IMG/VR virus record: IMGVR_UViG_3300025435_000010
Coordinates: 67,145 to 131,144 of that record
DNA length: 64,000 nt
Source: a virus
Strand: one strand, 5' to 3'
The notes below the pieces were generated by a model, which saw nothing but the letters and a program-made list of their open reading frames with translations, did no database searches and had not been told where the DNA came from. A program made the position numbers and the translations under genes. Shown here piece after piece: positions 39,101 to 48,754 of the stretch (position 1 is the stretch's first letter; every line of letters begins with the position of its first letter).

Positions 39101-39253
39101 AAACAAACTGCTGCCAATACAAAAGCTCTTATTGCTGCAATTATAAAAAACCAAGGCAGTCAAACTAATATGGTAAACAATATCAGTAGCCCGACAACGT
39201 TTGTTACTGGGCCTGCTTCTAATTCTAGCTTTAGACAGGCTGCGTTCCAGTAA
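36122..39253 (+). CDS. Tape-measure/hub-like protein with internal repeats
   Basis: 1043 aa, long Gly/Ala/Leu-rich hydrophobic helices, repeated KYVP(I/V)(I/F)GPL, located after the hub assembly genes. Confidence 0.65.
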   Translation: MDGITLEQFESVFGRLERGLLDSNEGFQKKFETQTTTLNKLQNFLGQKVDKITEYQKTVTRKVELLNEYAKKLVTNTKPVGKAQATTPTPKPDPTNKKEKVDTKDDSLDNIKLITSSTGISSSLKILPVRVVEDEKKKKDINVFFPPETKVWIENLLGDTMKDLFDAIKDSEKNKSKDNKKDEKKGDKKDWLEKLLGGSMIAGAIGKLLGALFSPIKHLLLKPIEFIAKKVLGLIPKVLGEIAGKLIMPLVRGVFAALGPILLGIGGVAAGVMTLISGLQDSGPMKGTKKLLGKGLLDIGANIIKKEFGKLSKMVMVTAKDLSKESRKFVFKAMGGLRRVLRYIKNIPSKLFGGITDLLKNVFSGGAIKEVGEVAAKGAGKGGFKAILGNIGKFFSEKVLKRLPFIGTLIGLGFAFTRLMKGDVVGALLDVASALAASVPVVGTALSIAIDVFSAVRDVKTGGSEKAGKANMGWIEGAKKWISERIKYVPIIGPLIDMVKALGQGKYLDALGYLGKSIPLVGTIVDLFEHPKEVAKATKTGINWIGSLTKWLYSKIKYVPIIGPLVGAVEAMTEGNWRDAFKLLTKAALPELGVIMDLLENKQAIGKTVKSTIDVIGGISTWLFDRFKYVPVFGPLMGMVESITKGEWLDALGYLAKAAIPPLGILIDILDNKEAIGNAITSTVDVIGQMSSWLYSKAKELPVIGGLIKAGEAIGSGKWGDVLGYLGEAIEPLQYIGGLIANTVKPIAIDATGGVTDFFKDLSNQLLRAVLDMVPDIKIGTWSLKKSVASILGISETGSTSTPPPINLPPQAAATVQMPPAATAQTPPITNNTAQVINQPVDTFTRMQEDANKDLDTPDDVKYKRELMKIKIKQAQLDKYKSKHSDADEDMLDRIQAQIDARKENLSRWSKNKHLDNTDTGADVDTADNDNDQTTKSNVQAVDNKQLPNIQPTEAPATPKQTEQEDNSGDNTDEMSDSLKEHSNLLKGLIEYNKQTAANTKALIAAIIKNQGSQTNMVNNISSPTTFVTGPASNSSFRQAAFQ

Positions 39254-39271
39254 AGGTAATTAAATATCTAT

Positions 39272-40663
39272 ATGCCTGGTTTTTTATGGACATTTGCAAA
39301 TAATAATACCGGTACAACTAGTACTGTTTCAAATTCTATTGCTCTACCTACAATACAACCAGCAGGTAGTACGGGTAGTGGTTATAATGCATCAACTACT
39401 ACATCACAGGTTAATGTAGTACGTGATTATTATTGGACATACTCGCCTGTTGGAGATACAGCACGAGCTGAAGTACCGAGAATAATTTTAACTGAACGTA
39501 AGTTAAGAACAAATGCTTTAATTAGTCAATTAAAATACTCACTCGGACAAACTACAAATGGTTATCAGCAAACTGTACAAAACCTACAACAGTTCGGACA
39601 ATCAACTGGTGCAACAGCAGCCATTCAGGGTGCTAATTGTAGTATAACTCAATTTATTTCTAATTTATCTAATACAGCAGTCGGTCAAGCTTTTGGACAG
39701 GCTGGGTCTGTGATTAGTGGCGGTGTTAGAGATGCTACCAACGCTGTTGAGAGTTATGCTGCTAATTCAGATTCCGTCCAACAGCTTGCTGCTGTAGGGA
39801 GCAAAGCCGCAACACAAGTGGTGAACGCAGTTGGCACTGCTCTTGCTGATGATAATAATTCTACAGTAAACAATAGCCCATGGCTTGCACCTTATAGAAA
39901 CTTATATCTTACCGATCCTACCGGCTGGGTATATGTGCTACCGTATTTCAATAATAACTCTGCCAGTCAGCAAAATAACTTCGCAGACGACGGTAAGACC
40001 GGTGTATTATCTGATGCTGCTTTAGGTATTGGGGCAAAAGCTGTAAATGAAGCAGCAGGATTTTTTGCCTCCCTTAATAGTCCAACACAAATTACATATA
40101 TAGAAAAAGCTAAGTTCTATAATTATCCAACAGAAGGTGAATCTATTACAGTAGATTTCCCTCTCATTAATACAGGTAATGTTACGTATGATGATGTTGT
40201 AAAAAATTGGCAATTCTTATTTTTATTACTCTATCAAAACAGACCCGGTAAAACAGGTAATAATGTTGTTGATCAACCTGTAATCTATCAAGTCGAAGTA
40301 CCAGGTACTAAATTTTTTCCATTCTGTTGTATGGAATCAATTAACATTGAATTCATGGGATCTAGACGTGAGTTAGTTATAAGCGTACCAACGAGTACTT
40401 CTCTTGCTTCAAATGTTTTCGGTGATACGCAATCGGTAAATAATTCTTCTGGAGCTACAAATATATTAGCGGTAATCCCTGACGCTTATAAGGTAACAAT
40501 AACGTTAAAGAGTATGATAGCAAACTCTAAAAACTTTATGCAACATATGATTACAAATAATAACATTGTTCAAACAAGCACAGCATCAGCATATTCCAAT
40601 ATAGCTAGTACCATTAACGCATTAGCAAATAATATTGAAACCGGGCTTGTCAATCTCATTTAG
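39272..40663 (+). CDS. Baseplate/tail tube cap-like protein (gp48-like position)
   Basis: IEKAKFY, FPLINT, LLYQNRP, PVIY.V; precedes gp53-like gene. Confidence 0.5.
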   Translation: MPGFLWTFANNNTGTTSTVSNSIALPTIQPAGSTGSGYNASTTTSQVNVVRDYYWTYSPVGDTARAEVPRIILTERKLRTNALISQLKYSLGQTTNGYQQTVQNLQQFGQSTGATAAIQGANCSITQFISNLSNTAVGQAFGQAGSVISGGVRDATNAVESYAANSDSVQQLAAVGSKAATQVVNAVGTALADDNNSTVNNSPWLAPYRNLYLTDPTGWVYVLPYFNNNSASQQNNFADDGKTGVLSDAALGIGAKAVNEAAGFFASLNSPTQITYIEKAKFYNYPTEGESITVDFPLINTGNVTYDDVVKNWQFLFLLLYQNRPGKTGNNVVDQPVIYQVEVPGTKFFPFCCMESINIEFMGSRRELVISVPTSTSLASNVFGDTQSVNNSSGATNILAVIPDAYKVTITLKSMIANSKNFMQHMITNNNIVQTSTASAYSNIASTINALANNIETGLVNLI

Positions 40664-40708
40664 CAGTAAAACAAGTTTTAAAAGCGTGATATTGCGCTAA
40701 ATATCTAC

Positions 40709-41071
40709 ATGGACGGTCAATATCAAAATACAATAAACGCTCTACCTAATTTAGGTATCTACCGTTATGAAAATATTCTCAAATTATATCAGACGAATGA
40801 TAATCAGTATTTTTATAATTTGATTCAGTCTATATTTTTACCTGATAAATTAGATGAACGTGCTCTCACGTATATGAATATACAAGAGTCCCAGCCCTGG
40901 ACATTAATAAGTTTTAAAGCCTATCAAACAATAGAGCTCTGGTGGTTGATTCTTCTAACAAATAAACTCTATAATCCCTTCAAATTACCTGCAGCAGGAT
41001 CGACGATCAAACTTATTAGGCCAAATTACGTACCAGGTATTTTGAAAGATATTAATTCAGCATTACAATAA
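40709..41071 (+). CDS. gp53: gp53-like baseplate wedge (LysM-like) protein
   Basis: RYENI, PWTLISFKAYQTIELWWLILLTN..NP, G..IKLI. Confidence 0.75.
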   Translation: MDGQYQNTINALPNLGIYRYENILKLYQTNDNQYFYNLIQSIFLPDKLDERALTYMNIQESQPWTLISFKAYQTIELWWLILLTNKLYNPFKLPAAGSTIKLIRPNYVPGILKDINSALQ

Positions 41072-42804
41072 TGAGCACATCACCCGGAACAACTATACCC
41101 TCAGAATATAATCATAAGATTAATAATAATGATTATATCTTCAAGGTTACGTTAGTTAACGCAGCAGGTGATTATAGTACCGCTCAAGACATCAAGCCTC
41201 CCAATATTCAGGATTTTGTAATTGACGATACAATTAATTCGTTTTATCAAACAGGTTATATTATTATTAATAATGCCCGTGATAAAATAGAACGAGATAC
41301 ACCTGCCGGAAGCTCGACAAAGGATCCAGCTTACTATAATAATTCTGGTAATTCAGCAGATACGTCAACTGCAGGATTTGTATTTCGTGGTGAAGCACGT
41401 GACATTCTTCGTGTAGAGATAATGCCTCATTTAGACGGTACAGCCGTTAGTAATTTGGGATCTGATGACGCGCAAAAGTTTTTTAAGATAGATTATGATT
41501 TTGTAATTTATGATTCCGAGGAAATACCTAGCGATGACCCTGATCAAAAATTTAAAAAATTATATTTTTGGGATATAACATATCAGCTTTTATTAGAAAA
41601 AAACGTTCAATTCTCCACAGCTACTATAGCTCAATCTGCAGCAGCTTCATTAACAACGCAAGCAACAAATGGAGTTCAACCTGCATCTCTTCCTAGTAAT
41701 GCAGATGATAGTGATCGAGCTATTTCAACAGGCTTAGCGCTACGTGAATTTTTAAAGGCAGCTTTTCCGCCTAATGAACAATACCCTATCACATTTTCAC
41801 AAAACATACCCGGTACTCAGAATACAGCAGGATTATCTCAAGGTGAAGTTGATCAGCAAAATATTGATTGGGATCTTGGTGGTACAAATATATTCTTCAC
41901 AACACCCGCTAGCTATAAAGGAATAGACAGTCTTTATTATATATTATCAAGACATGTGTCAAATCCTCAAAGTAATTATGATCAATGTTTTTTACAGTTA
42001 GAGAGGTATCCAAGACAATTTACATTTAAAAGTTTGAAACAGTATTTTGATCAGGCACTTGGTACTAATAAGGATTCACCAGGCAGTCTATATCTTGAAA
42101 CATTAAAGATTGGCGGTAATACGCAGCAGGATGGAAGAGATGCTTCAGGTACATATTTTACACCAACTAACGGCTTGTATTTTGAGCGTATTGGTACGAT
42201 AAAAAGTTTTGCTTTTGATAGTCTACCCGGTCTTCACTCCCAACGTAAGTTAGTGCCAACGTTTGTACATAGTTACGATTATGAAAATAAACAATTCTCT
42301 ATAGACATTCAGCGTAACGGTATTGAACAAATGATGAAAACATATCAAGAGAATTATGTTAATAATATGCTTAGTTCAACAAAGGATCCTGCGTTTCCAA
42401 GTTTTGCTCCAGGTCAATTAAGATATTTAAATAAAAACGTTAATAACGTGTTTTCAGTAACAAATCAAGACGCTAATCAAAGACTTGCCTGGGGTAGAAA
42501 TAAATTCTTATACGCGAGTATATTTGCAAATAACGTAATATCTTTTCGCTTACCAGGATCAACTCACCGCCAGCCAGGCTACTTTATAGGTATAGATCGC
42601 GATAACTCTATACCTGACAGTAAGTTTGATAATAAATTATTAGGTGTATATCTCATTGTACAGGTATCCCATAATTTTACCGGTAATGAATACTACAATA
42701 ATTTATATTGTATTAAGACATATAATTATCAGCAGCTTGATAACACATACACAAATGAAGATGCTGATGGTAATCTAGTCGGGCTTGTATCAAAAGGACA
42801 ATAA
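41071..42804 (+). CDS. Baseplate hub protein (gp27-like position)
   Basis: C-terminal LPG...R.PG.FI...LLG.YLI..V.H.F...Y pattern. Confidence 0.55.
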   Translation: MSTSPGTTIPSEYNHKINNNDYIFKVTLVNAAGDYSTAQDIKPPNIQDFVIDDTINSFYQTGYIIINNARDKIERDTPAGSSTKDPAYYNNSGNSADTSTAGFVFRGEARDILRVEIMPHLDGTAVSNLGSDDAQKFFKIDYDFVIYDSEEIPSDDPDQKFKKLYFWDITYQLLLEKNVQFSTATIAQSAAASLTTQATNGVQPASLPSNADDSDRAISTGLALREFLKAAFPPNEQYPITFSQNIPGTQNTAGLSQGEVDQQNIDWDLGGTNIFFTTPASYKGIDSLYYILSRHVSNPQSNYDQCFLQLERYPRQFTFKSLKQYFDQALGTNKDSPGSLYLETLKIGGNTQQDGRDASGTYFTPTNGLYFERIGTIKSFAFDSLPGLHSQRKLVPTFVHSYDYENKQFSIDIQRNGIEQMMKTYQENYVNNMLSSTKDPAFPSFAPGQLRYLNKNVNNVFSVTNQDANQRLAWGRNKFLYASIFANNVISFRLPGSTHRQPGYFIGIDRDNSIPDSKFDNKLLGVYLIVQVSHNFTGNEYYNNLYCIKTYNYQQLDNTYTNEDADGNLVGLVSKGQ

Positions 42805-42807
42805 CAT

Positions 42808-44481
42808 ATGAGTATAACAACGAGCACATATACTGTTAGAAAGCCGAACACAAACACTATCACCATAGCTCCGGAGATAGCAGATATCGACTTAGCTGAT
42901 ACATATGAAATGCTTGTGAGCTCGACAAATACGTCTTTAAGCTCTGTATTAACACCAGATGTAATGCCTCCAACGGAGTTACAGGCAACTATGGATTATA
43001 GAAACGCCTTTAAGCAAGGTGACACCATAACTGCAGTTAATCAATTTTTTAATCAATTAACAACAAATTATTTTAGACAGACAGACTTCTCTCTTGATGC
43101 GGTACTCTTTTGGTATCAAAGATTCAAATACAGTAATAAGGAAATAACATCATATAAATCACAAGCTAGTTTTTATAATCAAAATATTCTCAGCAATCAA
43201 CTACCCGGAGCTGCATTATTCGCACAAAATGCTGTAACAGATGCTAATGCCACAACAGATTATTTTGATGTTGTAAGTGACAGTATCGGTATTGTTGCCA
43301 ATTCTAAATATATACAGCTTGATTCAACATTACCACTTTTTGATGTAGATCAAACATATTACGGTGTACCGGTCCCGTTTTCAGCTTCAACAGATAGTAA
43401 AATAAGCGCAGCAACAAGAAACGTCATGTACAATTTAAGTAAAAAAACAACATCCTTAATGAGACGTAATTTACTTAATATCGGTTATTCAAATACTATC
43501 TTACAGCAAAATATGGCTGCTGACGCTACTACGTCTCACGGCTTGAATCTTATCAACGATTTACCTACATTTGTCAATATTAATAAGGCTCTCGATACAT
43601 TTAAAACTGCATTAGGTGCTATATATTCGCAAGCTAAAGCATTTAGCTTTGTACAATATCTCAATAATATTGCCAACACCACGTCATTAAATTTACGCGA
43701 TATATTTCCTGTTTCACCTTCTGATCTCGACTTTACAGTTATAACAACGCAAGAGAGTGCACAAGCATCGCAAGCCATAGCACAACAAGAACAAGCAGAT
43801 GCAGCGGCAAATGCTGCTCTTGCCCAACAACAACAAACCTTTGCTATAGCTAGTGGAATAACAGGCGGTAGTATACAACCAATCGGTGTACAAAATTCCG
43901 GTAATGCAGCGGTTGCTACAGCCTCTACTGCGCCCGGTGCAGGAAATAGCACTGTTGTTAATGGTAAAATACAGACAGATGGAAGTGGATACGGTCAGCC
44001 CGATCCTGCTCTACTCGGACAGGGCGTTGCCTATGATCCGGCATCAGCAAGAAATGACGGTGACGGTAGCGGTGGTAATGTATTTAACGATCAATACTAT
44101 CAAAGCGATACTTCAGGGCATCAAGACGGCGGACGAGCAGCTAATGCTTCTGTTGATCAGTATGTTGTTGTATCACCTGAGGTAAGAGCTGCTAATAATA
44201 TTCAAATTGGTGATTGGGCGCAAGTAACAAATCCAGACACAGGAGCTACAACCTACGCACGCGTTATGGATGTCGGACCACATAATGCACCTCCTGGAGA
44301 ATGCTCAACAGCAACTTTACAATCTGTAGGTGTAGGTATCACATCTAATGGTAATACAGTAGGTAATCCAAAGGTGCAAGTTACATATTTCCCGGGATCA
44401 AAGAATATAGCAGGATCTCAAAGCACGAAGAATACAGCAAATATCGCTTCAGCTAGTACACCAACACCCGGAAAGATATAG
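42808..44481 (+). CDS. Tail-associated protein with C-terminal GH75 chitosanase-like domain
   Basis: NDGDGSG...YQSDTS...NASVDQYVVV...IGD...YARVMDVGP...GECS resembles the GH75 motif series. Confidence 0.6.
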   Translation: MSITTSTYTVRKPNTNTITIAPEIADIDLADTYEMLVSSTNTSLSSVLTPDVMPPTELQATMDYRNAFKQGDTITAVNQFFNQLTTNYFRQTDFSLDAVLFWYQRFKYSNKEITSYKSQASFYNQNILSNQLPGAALFAQNAVTDANATTDYFDVVSDSIGIVANSKYIQLDSTLPLFDVDQTYYGVPVPFSASTDSKISAATRNVMYNLSKKTTSLMRRNLLNIGYSNTILQQNMAADATTSHGLNLINDLPTFVNINKALDTFKTALGAIYSQAKAFSFVQYLNNIANTTSLNLRDIFPVSPSDLDFTVITTQESAQASQAIAQQEQADAAANAALAQQQQTFAIASGITGGSIQPIGVQNSGNAAVATASTAPGAGNSTVVNGKIQTDGSGYGQPDPALLGQGVAYDPASARNDGDGSGGNVFNDQYYQSDTSGHQDGGRAANASVDQYVVVSPEVRAANNIQIGDWAQVTNPDTGATTYARVMDVGPHNAPPGECSTATLQSVGVGITSNGNTVGNPKVQVTYFPGSKNIAGSQSTKNTANIASASTPTPGKI

Positions 44482-44484
44482 TCT

Positions 44485-45669
44485 ATGATCGATTTAAATA
44501 CAGTAACAGGTAATACAGCATTTTTAAAAAATGTTGATAGTATTATAGGTCCTGGTGTCACACCAAATCCTAACAATATACTATCTCCAGCTGCTCAAGC
44601 TCTAGCTAATACATCGCCACAGTCTAATACACCAACCAGTACATCTGGTGCAGATGCTTTGATGAGCAAGTCCCAAGGGCAATACAGTAACAGACAATTT
44701 ATCGCTCCATTTTCGTATACGCAGAACGTTGAAGGTATAATGATTCAAGTAGACTATCTCGGTAAACGTGTCAAGACCAGCGGATCAATGCCCTATAGGT
44801 CTATCATATCTCTTTCAGCTATTACCTTACCACCAGCGGTTATCAATGATCCAGCAGAGAATAACCCCGAAAGAACAGTCAAGCAGCCTGCTACAATAGC
44901 CTTCTCGGGTACACCATCGCAAAATGCAGCTATACAGCAATTTGGCACTGGTGTTAATGCTCTCACAAATAGCTTACAAGGCAGAACAACACAATTCTCT
45001 AGCTTGGTTCAAACAGCTAAGTCCAACCCATCTCAACTTTTTAGTAATCTACAATCAAGCGGAGCAGCAGCCCTACAAGGTCAATTAAACAATCTTGTAC
45101 CGTTTTCGACTATTAATCAATCTATAGCTAATTTACCTGGATTTAATATAGCTACAAACGTACTCGGTCAAATACCAGGTGGTTCAGATATTGTAGGCGC
45201 ACTATCAAATCCTGTGGGGACAGTTACTAGTGCATTAACACAGAACCTTACTCAAGGTCTGAATCTTCAAGGCGGGCTACCATCAGTCTCGCTCGGATCA
45301 CTTACCGAGTTATTCAGTCTTGCAACAAATATTGCTAGCAACGGTCCACCAACAAGTTTAACCGGTATTATAAACCTAGAAAAACAAGTTAAATCTATTG
45401 TATGTAATTTCGTAATGCCAATCCTTACAATACCAGATTTAAAAGCTATTCTTAATTTTAAATTTCCAAATCCTCTCGATACACTTAAGAAGATTAAAAC
45501 TGAGCTAGAAAACGAAATTTCAAATATTATCAATTCACTTGATATCGTTCAACTCTTGCAGGATCTATTACCCGACCCTCATGCTATTTACGATGCTATT
45601 GTTAAGGAGATAACTACTTGCGATACTGCTCCAACAAATAAACAGAATGCTAAGAACGGAAAAAAATAA
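44485..45669 (+). CDS. Hypothetical baseplate-region protein
   Basis: 394 aa, Ser/Asn/Gln/Leu-rich, co-oriented with the tail genes. Confidence 0.6.
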   Translation: MIDLNTVTGNTAFLKNVDSIIGPGVTPNPNNILSPAAQALANTSPQSNTPTSTSGADALMSKSQGQYSNRQFIAPFSYTQNVEGIMIQVDYLGKRVKTSGSMPYRSIISLSAITLPPAVINDPAENNPERTVKQPATIAFSGTPSQNAAIQQFGTGVNALTNSLQGRTTQFSSLVQTAKSNPSQLFSNLQSSGAAALQGQLNNLVPFSTINQSIANLPGFNIATNVLGQIPGGSDIVGALSNPVGTVTSALTQNLTQGLNLQGGLPSVSLGSLTELFSLATNIASNGPPTSLTGIINLEKQVKSIVCNFVMPILTIPDLKAILNFKFPNPLDTLKKIKTELENEISNIINSLDIVQLLQDLLPDPHAIYDAIVKEITTCDTAPTNKQNAKNGKK

Positions 45670-45675
45670 CGGCGG

Positions 45676-46143
45676 TTAGTCTATTCTCTTATTTTCAATA
45701 AGATCAGCTTCAATTGGTTTTGCTTTATCTACGAGCATTTTAAAAATCTCTTCTCTTGTTGCAAGTAATTTGTGTGTATTGTTATCCTGTTGAAGCTCTT
45801 TTCTAGATGCTATATCCATCTCCTTGAGTTTAACAGAAGTAGTTGAGCGTTTATCTTGAATAGTTAAATGATTAAGTGAATCAATAGCAGAAGAGGCAGC
45901 TTTAATTAATCCCGCAAGTGCTTCAACATCCTCAGCATTAGGCGCAGAGATAATAAAGTCTTTGACAGTAGCAACCATTTCTAAAGCATCCTGAACCAAT
46001 GCAGCTCCATTTTCAATAGTAAATTTCTCGAGCTCCTCCTTAGTAATAGGATCTCTCTCTTTTTTTACATCCTTTACCTTAACGCTAACTGCTTGAAGCT
46101 GGTCAAGTAATGTTTCAACTTCATCATGTATCTCATCATCCAT
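45676..46143 (-). CDS. Probable terminase small subunit (gp16-like)
   Basis: 155 aa helical; VEALAGLIKAASSAIDSL and NN..LLATREEIFKML resemble T4-like gp16; TAAGTA upstream. Confidence 0.5.
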   Translation of the reverse strand: MDDEIHDEVETLLDQLQAVSVKVKDVKKERDPITKEELEKFTIENGAALVQDALEMVATVKDFIISAPNAEDVEALAGLIKAASSAIDSLNHLTIQDKRSTTSVKLKEMDIASRKELQQDNNTHKLLATREEIFKMLVDKAKPIEADLIENKRID

Positions 46144-46202
46144 ACTGTAGATATACTTATTCCAGGTTGATTTTAAATAAAGGTATATTATTATAGGCTT
46201 AT

Positions 46203-46652
46203 ATGTCTGATCCTAATATTCACTATCTTCCTATTTTAAAGTTTGAAAAGACCCATGAATTAGCTAAGCTTCCTACTAAGAATCACGAATCCGATACCGG
46301 TTATGATGTCTATAGTGTTGAAGATGCTGTGGTTCCTGCTAGAGGAAGCGCTGTTGTCCCTGTTGGTCTTAAGTTTGCCTATATCCCTGAAGGGTATTGG
46401 GTTAAAGTAGAGAGTCGTAGCGGCCTAGGATTTAAACACGGTGTTACAGCTCATCCAGGTATTATTGATAACGCCTATCGCGGTGATGCCGGTATTAAGC
46501 TCTATAACAATACCGACGTACCGTATGAGGTTAAAGCTGGTGATAGGATTGCGCAATTTGTAATCTATATGAATATTCATATGCCAGTAGAGTGGGGTAA
46601 AGCTGATAGTACTGAGCGTGGTGAAAAAGGTTTCGGTGCTTCCGGACGATAA
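46203..46652 (+). CDS. dut: Trimeric dUTPase
   Basis: DTGYD, SRSGLG, GIIDNAYRG, GDRIAQ, RGEKGFGASG. Confidence 0.95.
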   Translation: MSDPNIHYLPILKFEKTHELAKLPTKNHESDTGYDVYSVEDAVVPARGSAVVPVGLKFAYIPEGYWVKVESRSGLGFKHGVTAHPGIIDNAYRGDAGIKLYNNTDVPYEVKAGDRIAQFVIYMNIHMPVEWGKADSTERGEKGFGASGR

Positions 46653-46653
46653 A

Positions 46654-47586
46654 ATGAGTTATAATTTTCAAAATCTTTGGGTAGAACGCTACCGCCCTCA
46701 TACACTTGACGAGTTAGTATGTACTTCTTTTACCAAAGAGTCGTTACTATCTTTTAAAGATAAAGAAGAGATTCCAAATCTGCTCTTTACAGGGGCAGCT
46801 GGTATTGGTAAAACGTCAGTAGCTAAGATTATTGTAAATGATATTCTTAATTGTCAGTATCTTTACATAAATGCATCTGATGAAAATGGTATTGATACTA
46901 TTAGACACAAAGTAATTAACTTTGCTCAAACTATGAGCATTGATGGAAAGATTAAGGTTATTATTCTTGATGAGTGTGATGGTCTATCTATTGACGCGCA
47001 GCGTGCTCTTAGAAATACAATGGAAGAGTTTGCCGGTATTACTCGCTTTATTCTGACTGCGAATTACAAATACAAGATTATACCTGCCCTTCAGAGTCGT
47101 TGTCAAAGCTTTGATCTAACACCTCCTGTCGATTTAGCGGTGAAGAGATGTGCTAGTATCTTAAAGAAAGAAGGTATCTCTGTACCAGATAGCGAAAAAG
47201 TAAAGCTCGTAGAATTTATTAAAGGTACGTATCCTGACCTCCGTAAGTGCATTAATGAATTACAAAAATTCTCATCTACCGGTACCCTTTCTCTTAGAGA
47301 TATAAAGAATAATAAAGTATTGGAATTAATCTTTAGAGAGATAAAAAAGAAAAATGTTGAGTTACTTCGTAAAGCTTTAATTGAAAGCGAACAGACATTT
47401 AATTCTGATTATACTTCCCTTCTTCGTAACTTGTTTAATTATGTCGACGAAGCTGAGACAAACGCTGATCTTAAGAGATTTTATTTACTTACAATCTCTG
47501 AATACCTCTATCGAGATGGGTTTGTAATTGATAAAGAAATCAATTGCTATGCCTGCTTAATTCAGCTTTCTGAAGTTAAGCTTTAG
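46654..47586 (+). CDS. gp44: gp44/RFC-like clamp loader ATPase subunit
   Basis: LWVERYRP, GAAGIGKT, INASDENG, LDECD, LQSRC, PDLRK; start moved to ATG 46654. Confidence 0.92.
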   Translation: MSYNFQNLWVERYRPHTLDELVCTSFTKESLLSFKDKEEIPNLLFTGAAGIGKTSVAKIIVNDILNCQYLYINASDENGIDTIRHKVINFAQTMSIDGKIKVIILDECDGLSIDAQRALRNTMEEFAGITRFILTANYKYKIIPALQSRCQSFDLTPPVDLAVKRCASILKKEGISVPDSEKVKLVEFIKGTYPDLRKCINELQKFSSTGTLSLRDIKNNKVLELIFREIKKKNVELLRKALIESEQTFNSDYTSLLRNLFNYVDEAETNADLKRFYLLTISEYLYRDGFVIDKEINCYACLIQLSEVKL

Positions 47587-48175
47587 GCATATACTTTGCA
47601 GTATAAGAAGCTGGATCCTTAGCATCGGCATTAGGTGATGCAGGAATTGCAGTATTAATATTTTTAAGCTTTGATTCTGTAGGAGCTAATTTTTTATTTC
47701 CTAAATCAGCCGTACGCGTACGAGCTGGAGAATAAAACGGAACTTCTTCAGCTTCATCCTTAACTTCTACAGGCTTAATCTTAACTTTATTGTCATACTT
47801 GTTTCTATCAGGTACTTCTTCAAGGCCTGGAACAGTGTCAATCTTGTCAAGCATTCCTACGTGAACAATAGTAGTTTTGAAGATTCTACCACCACCTTCA
47901 TCGAGACCGACTTCAACAGTAAAATCAGGACCTGTGTCGTCAGGGTTACCTGTACCCATAACTGCAGGAAATTTATTGATAACGTTTGTAACTCTAAGGG
48001 TACGACCGTCCTTAATAAGATTTTCGAGGTTCTTAGCAAGTTCATCTGACTGTGTTACTACAAAGGGGTGCTTTAAGGCATTAACCTTAAATTTAACAAT
48101 ATCACCCTGAAGAAAACCACCATGGTTATAACGGGTTAACCAACTTTCATAGAGCCTAAGAAAACGCTTTTTCAT
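47576..48175 (-). CDS. Hypothetical late protein
   Basis: TAAATA 7 nt upstream; N-terminus MKKRFLRLYES. Confidence 0.65.
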   Translation of the reverse strand: MKKRFLRLYESWLTRYNHGGFLQGDIVKFKVNALKHPFVVTQSDELAKNLENLIKDGRTLRVTNVINKFPAVMGTGNPDDTGPDFTVEVGLDEGGGRIFKTTIVHVGMLDKIDTVPGLEEVPDRNKYDNKVKIKPVEVKDEAEEVPFYSPARTRTADLGNKKLAPTESKLKNINTAIPASPNADAKDPASYTAKYMPKA

Positions 48176-48244
48176 GTATTATTATTTATTGTCCAAGGTA
48201 CAATAAACCAATCAACGAAACGTAAAACCCTGATAAATATATAT

Positions 48245-48751
48245 GTGGCAACTATCAAACTTAATTCATTAACAGATCAGCCTACAAAATCTAATAAAGG
48301 CTACAAATATAATGACTTACATTTAGACTTTACGCCTGTTTTTTATAACCCCCCTTATGGAGGATATACACAACACAATGAATTACACCGCAATCTGGAG
48401 ATTGTCGATATTGCTGCTGATTATGATCTTGGAGCTATTAAAAATTCCCTTATTAATCTCTTTACGACAATACCAGGTCAAAAGCTACTCAATCCCTTTT
48501 TTGGTTTAAATCTTGTTCAGTATATCTTCGATAAATGCGACGAGGATACAGCAAATTTGATTGGTAATGAAATAGTTCACGGTATAACAACATTTGAGCC
48601 CAGAGTCTCACTACAACAGGTATCAGTAATAGCTCAACCCGACGCACACCAATACACTGTTGTAATTACTTTTTCCGTACCAACAATAGGTACTAGTAGT
48701 TATCAGTTCTTCGGTACATTAAGTAATTCAGGCTTCGTCTTTACATCATAA
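48245..48751 (+). CDS. gp25: gp25-like baseplate wedge subunit
   Basis: YNDLHLDF, AIKNSLINLFTTIPGQKLLNPFFG, FEPRV. Confidence 0.88.
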   Translation: MATIKLNSLTDQPTKSNKGYKYNDLHLDFTPVFYNPPYGGYTQHNELHRNLEIVDIAADYDLGAIKNSLINLFTTIPGQKLLNPFFGLNLVQYIFDKCDEDTANLIGNEIVHGITTFEPRVSLQQVSVIAQPDAHQYTVVITFSVPTIGTSSYQFFGTLSNSGFVFTS

Positions 48752-48754
48752 TCT

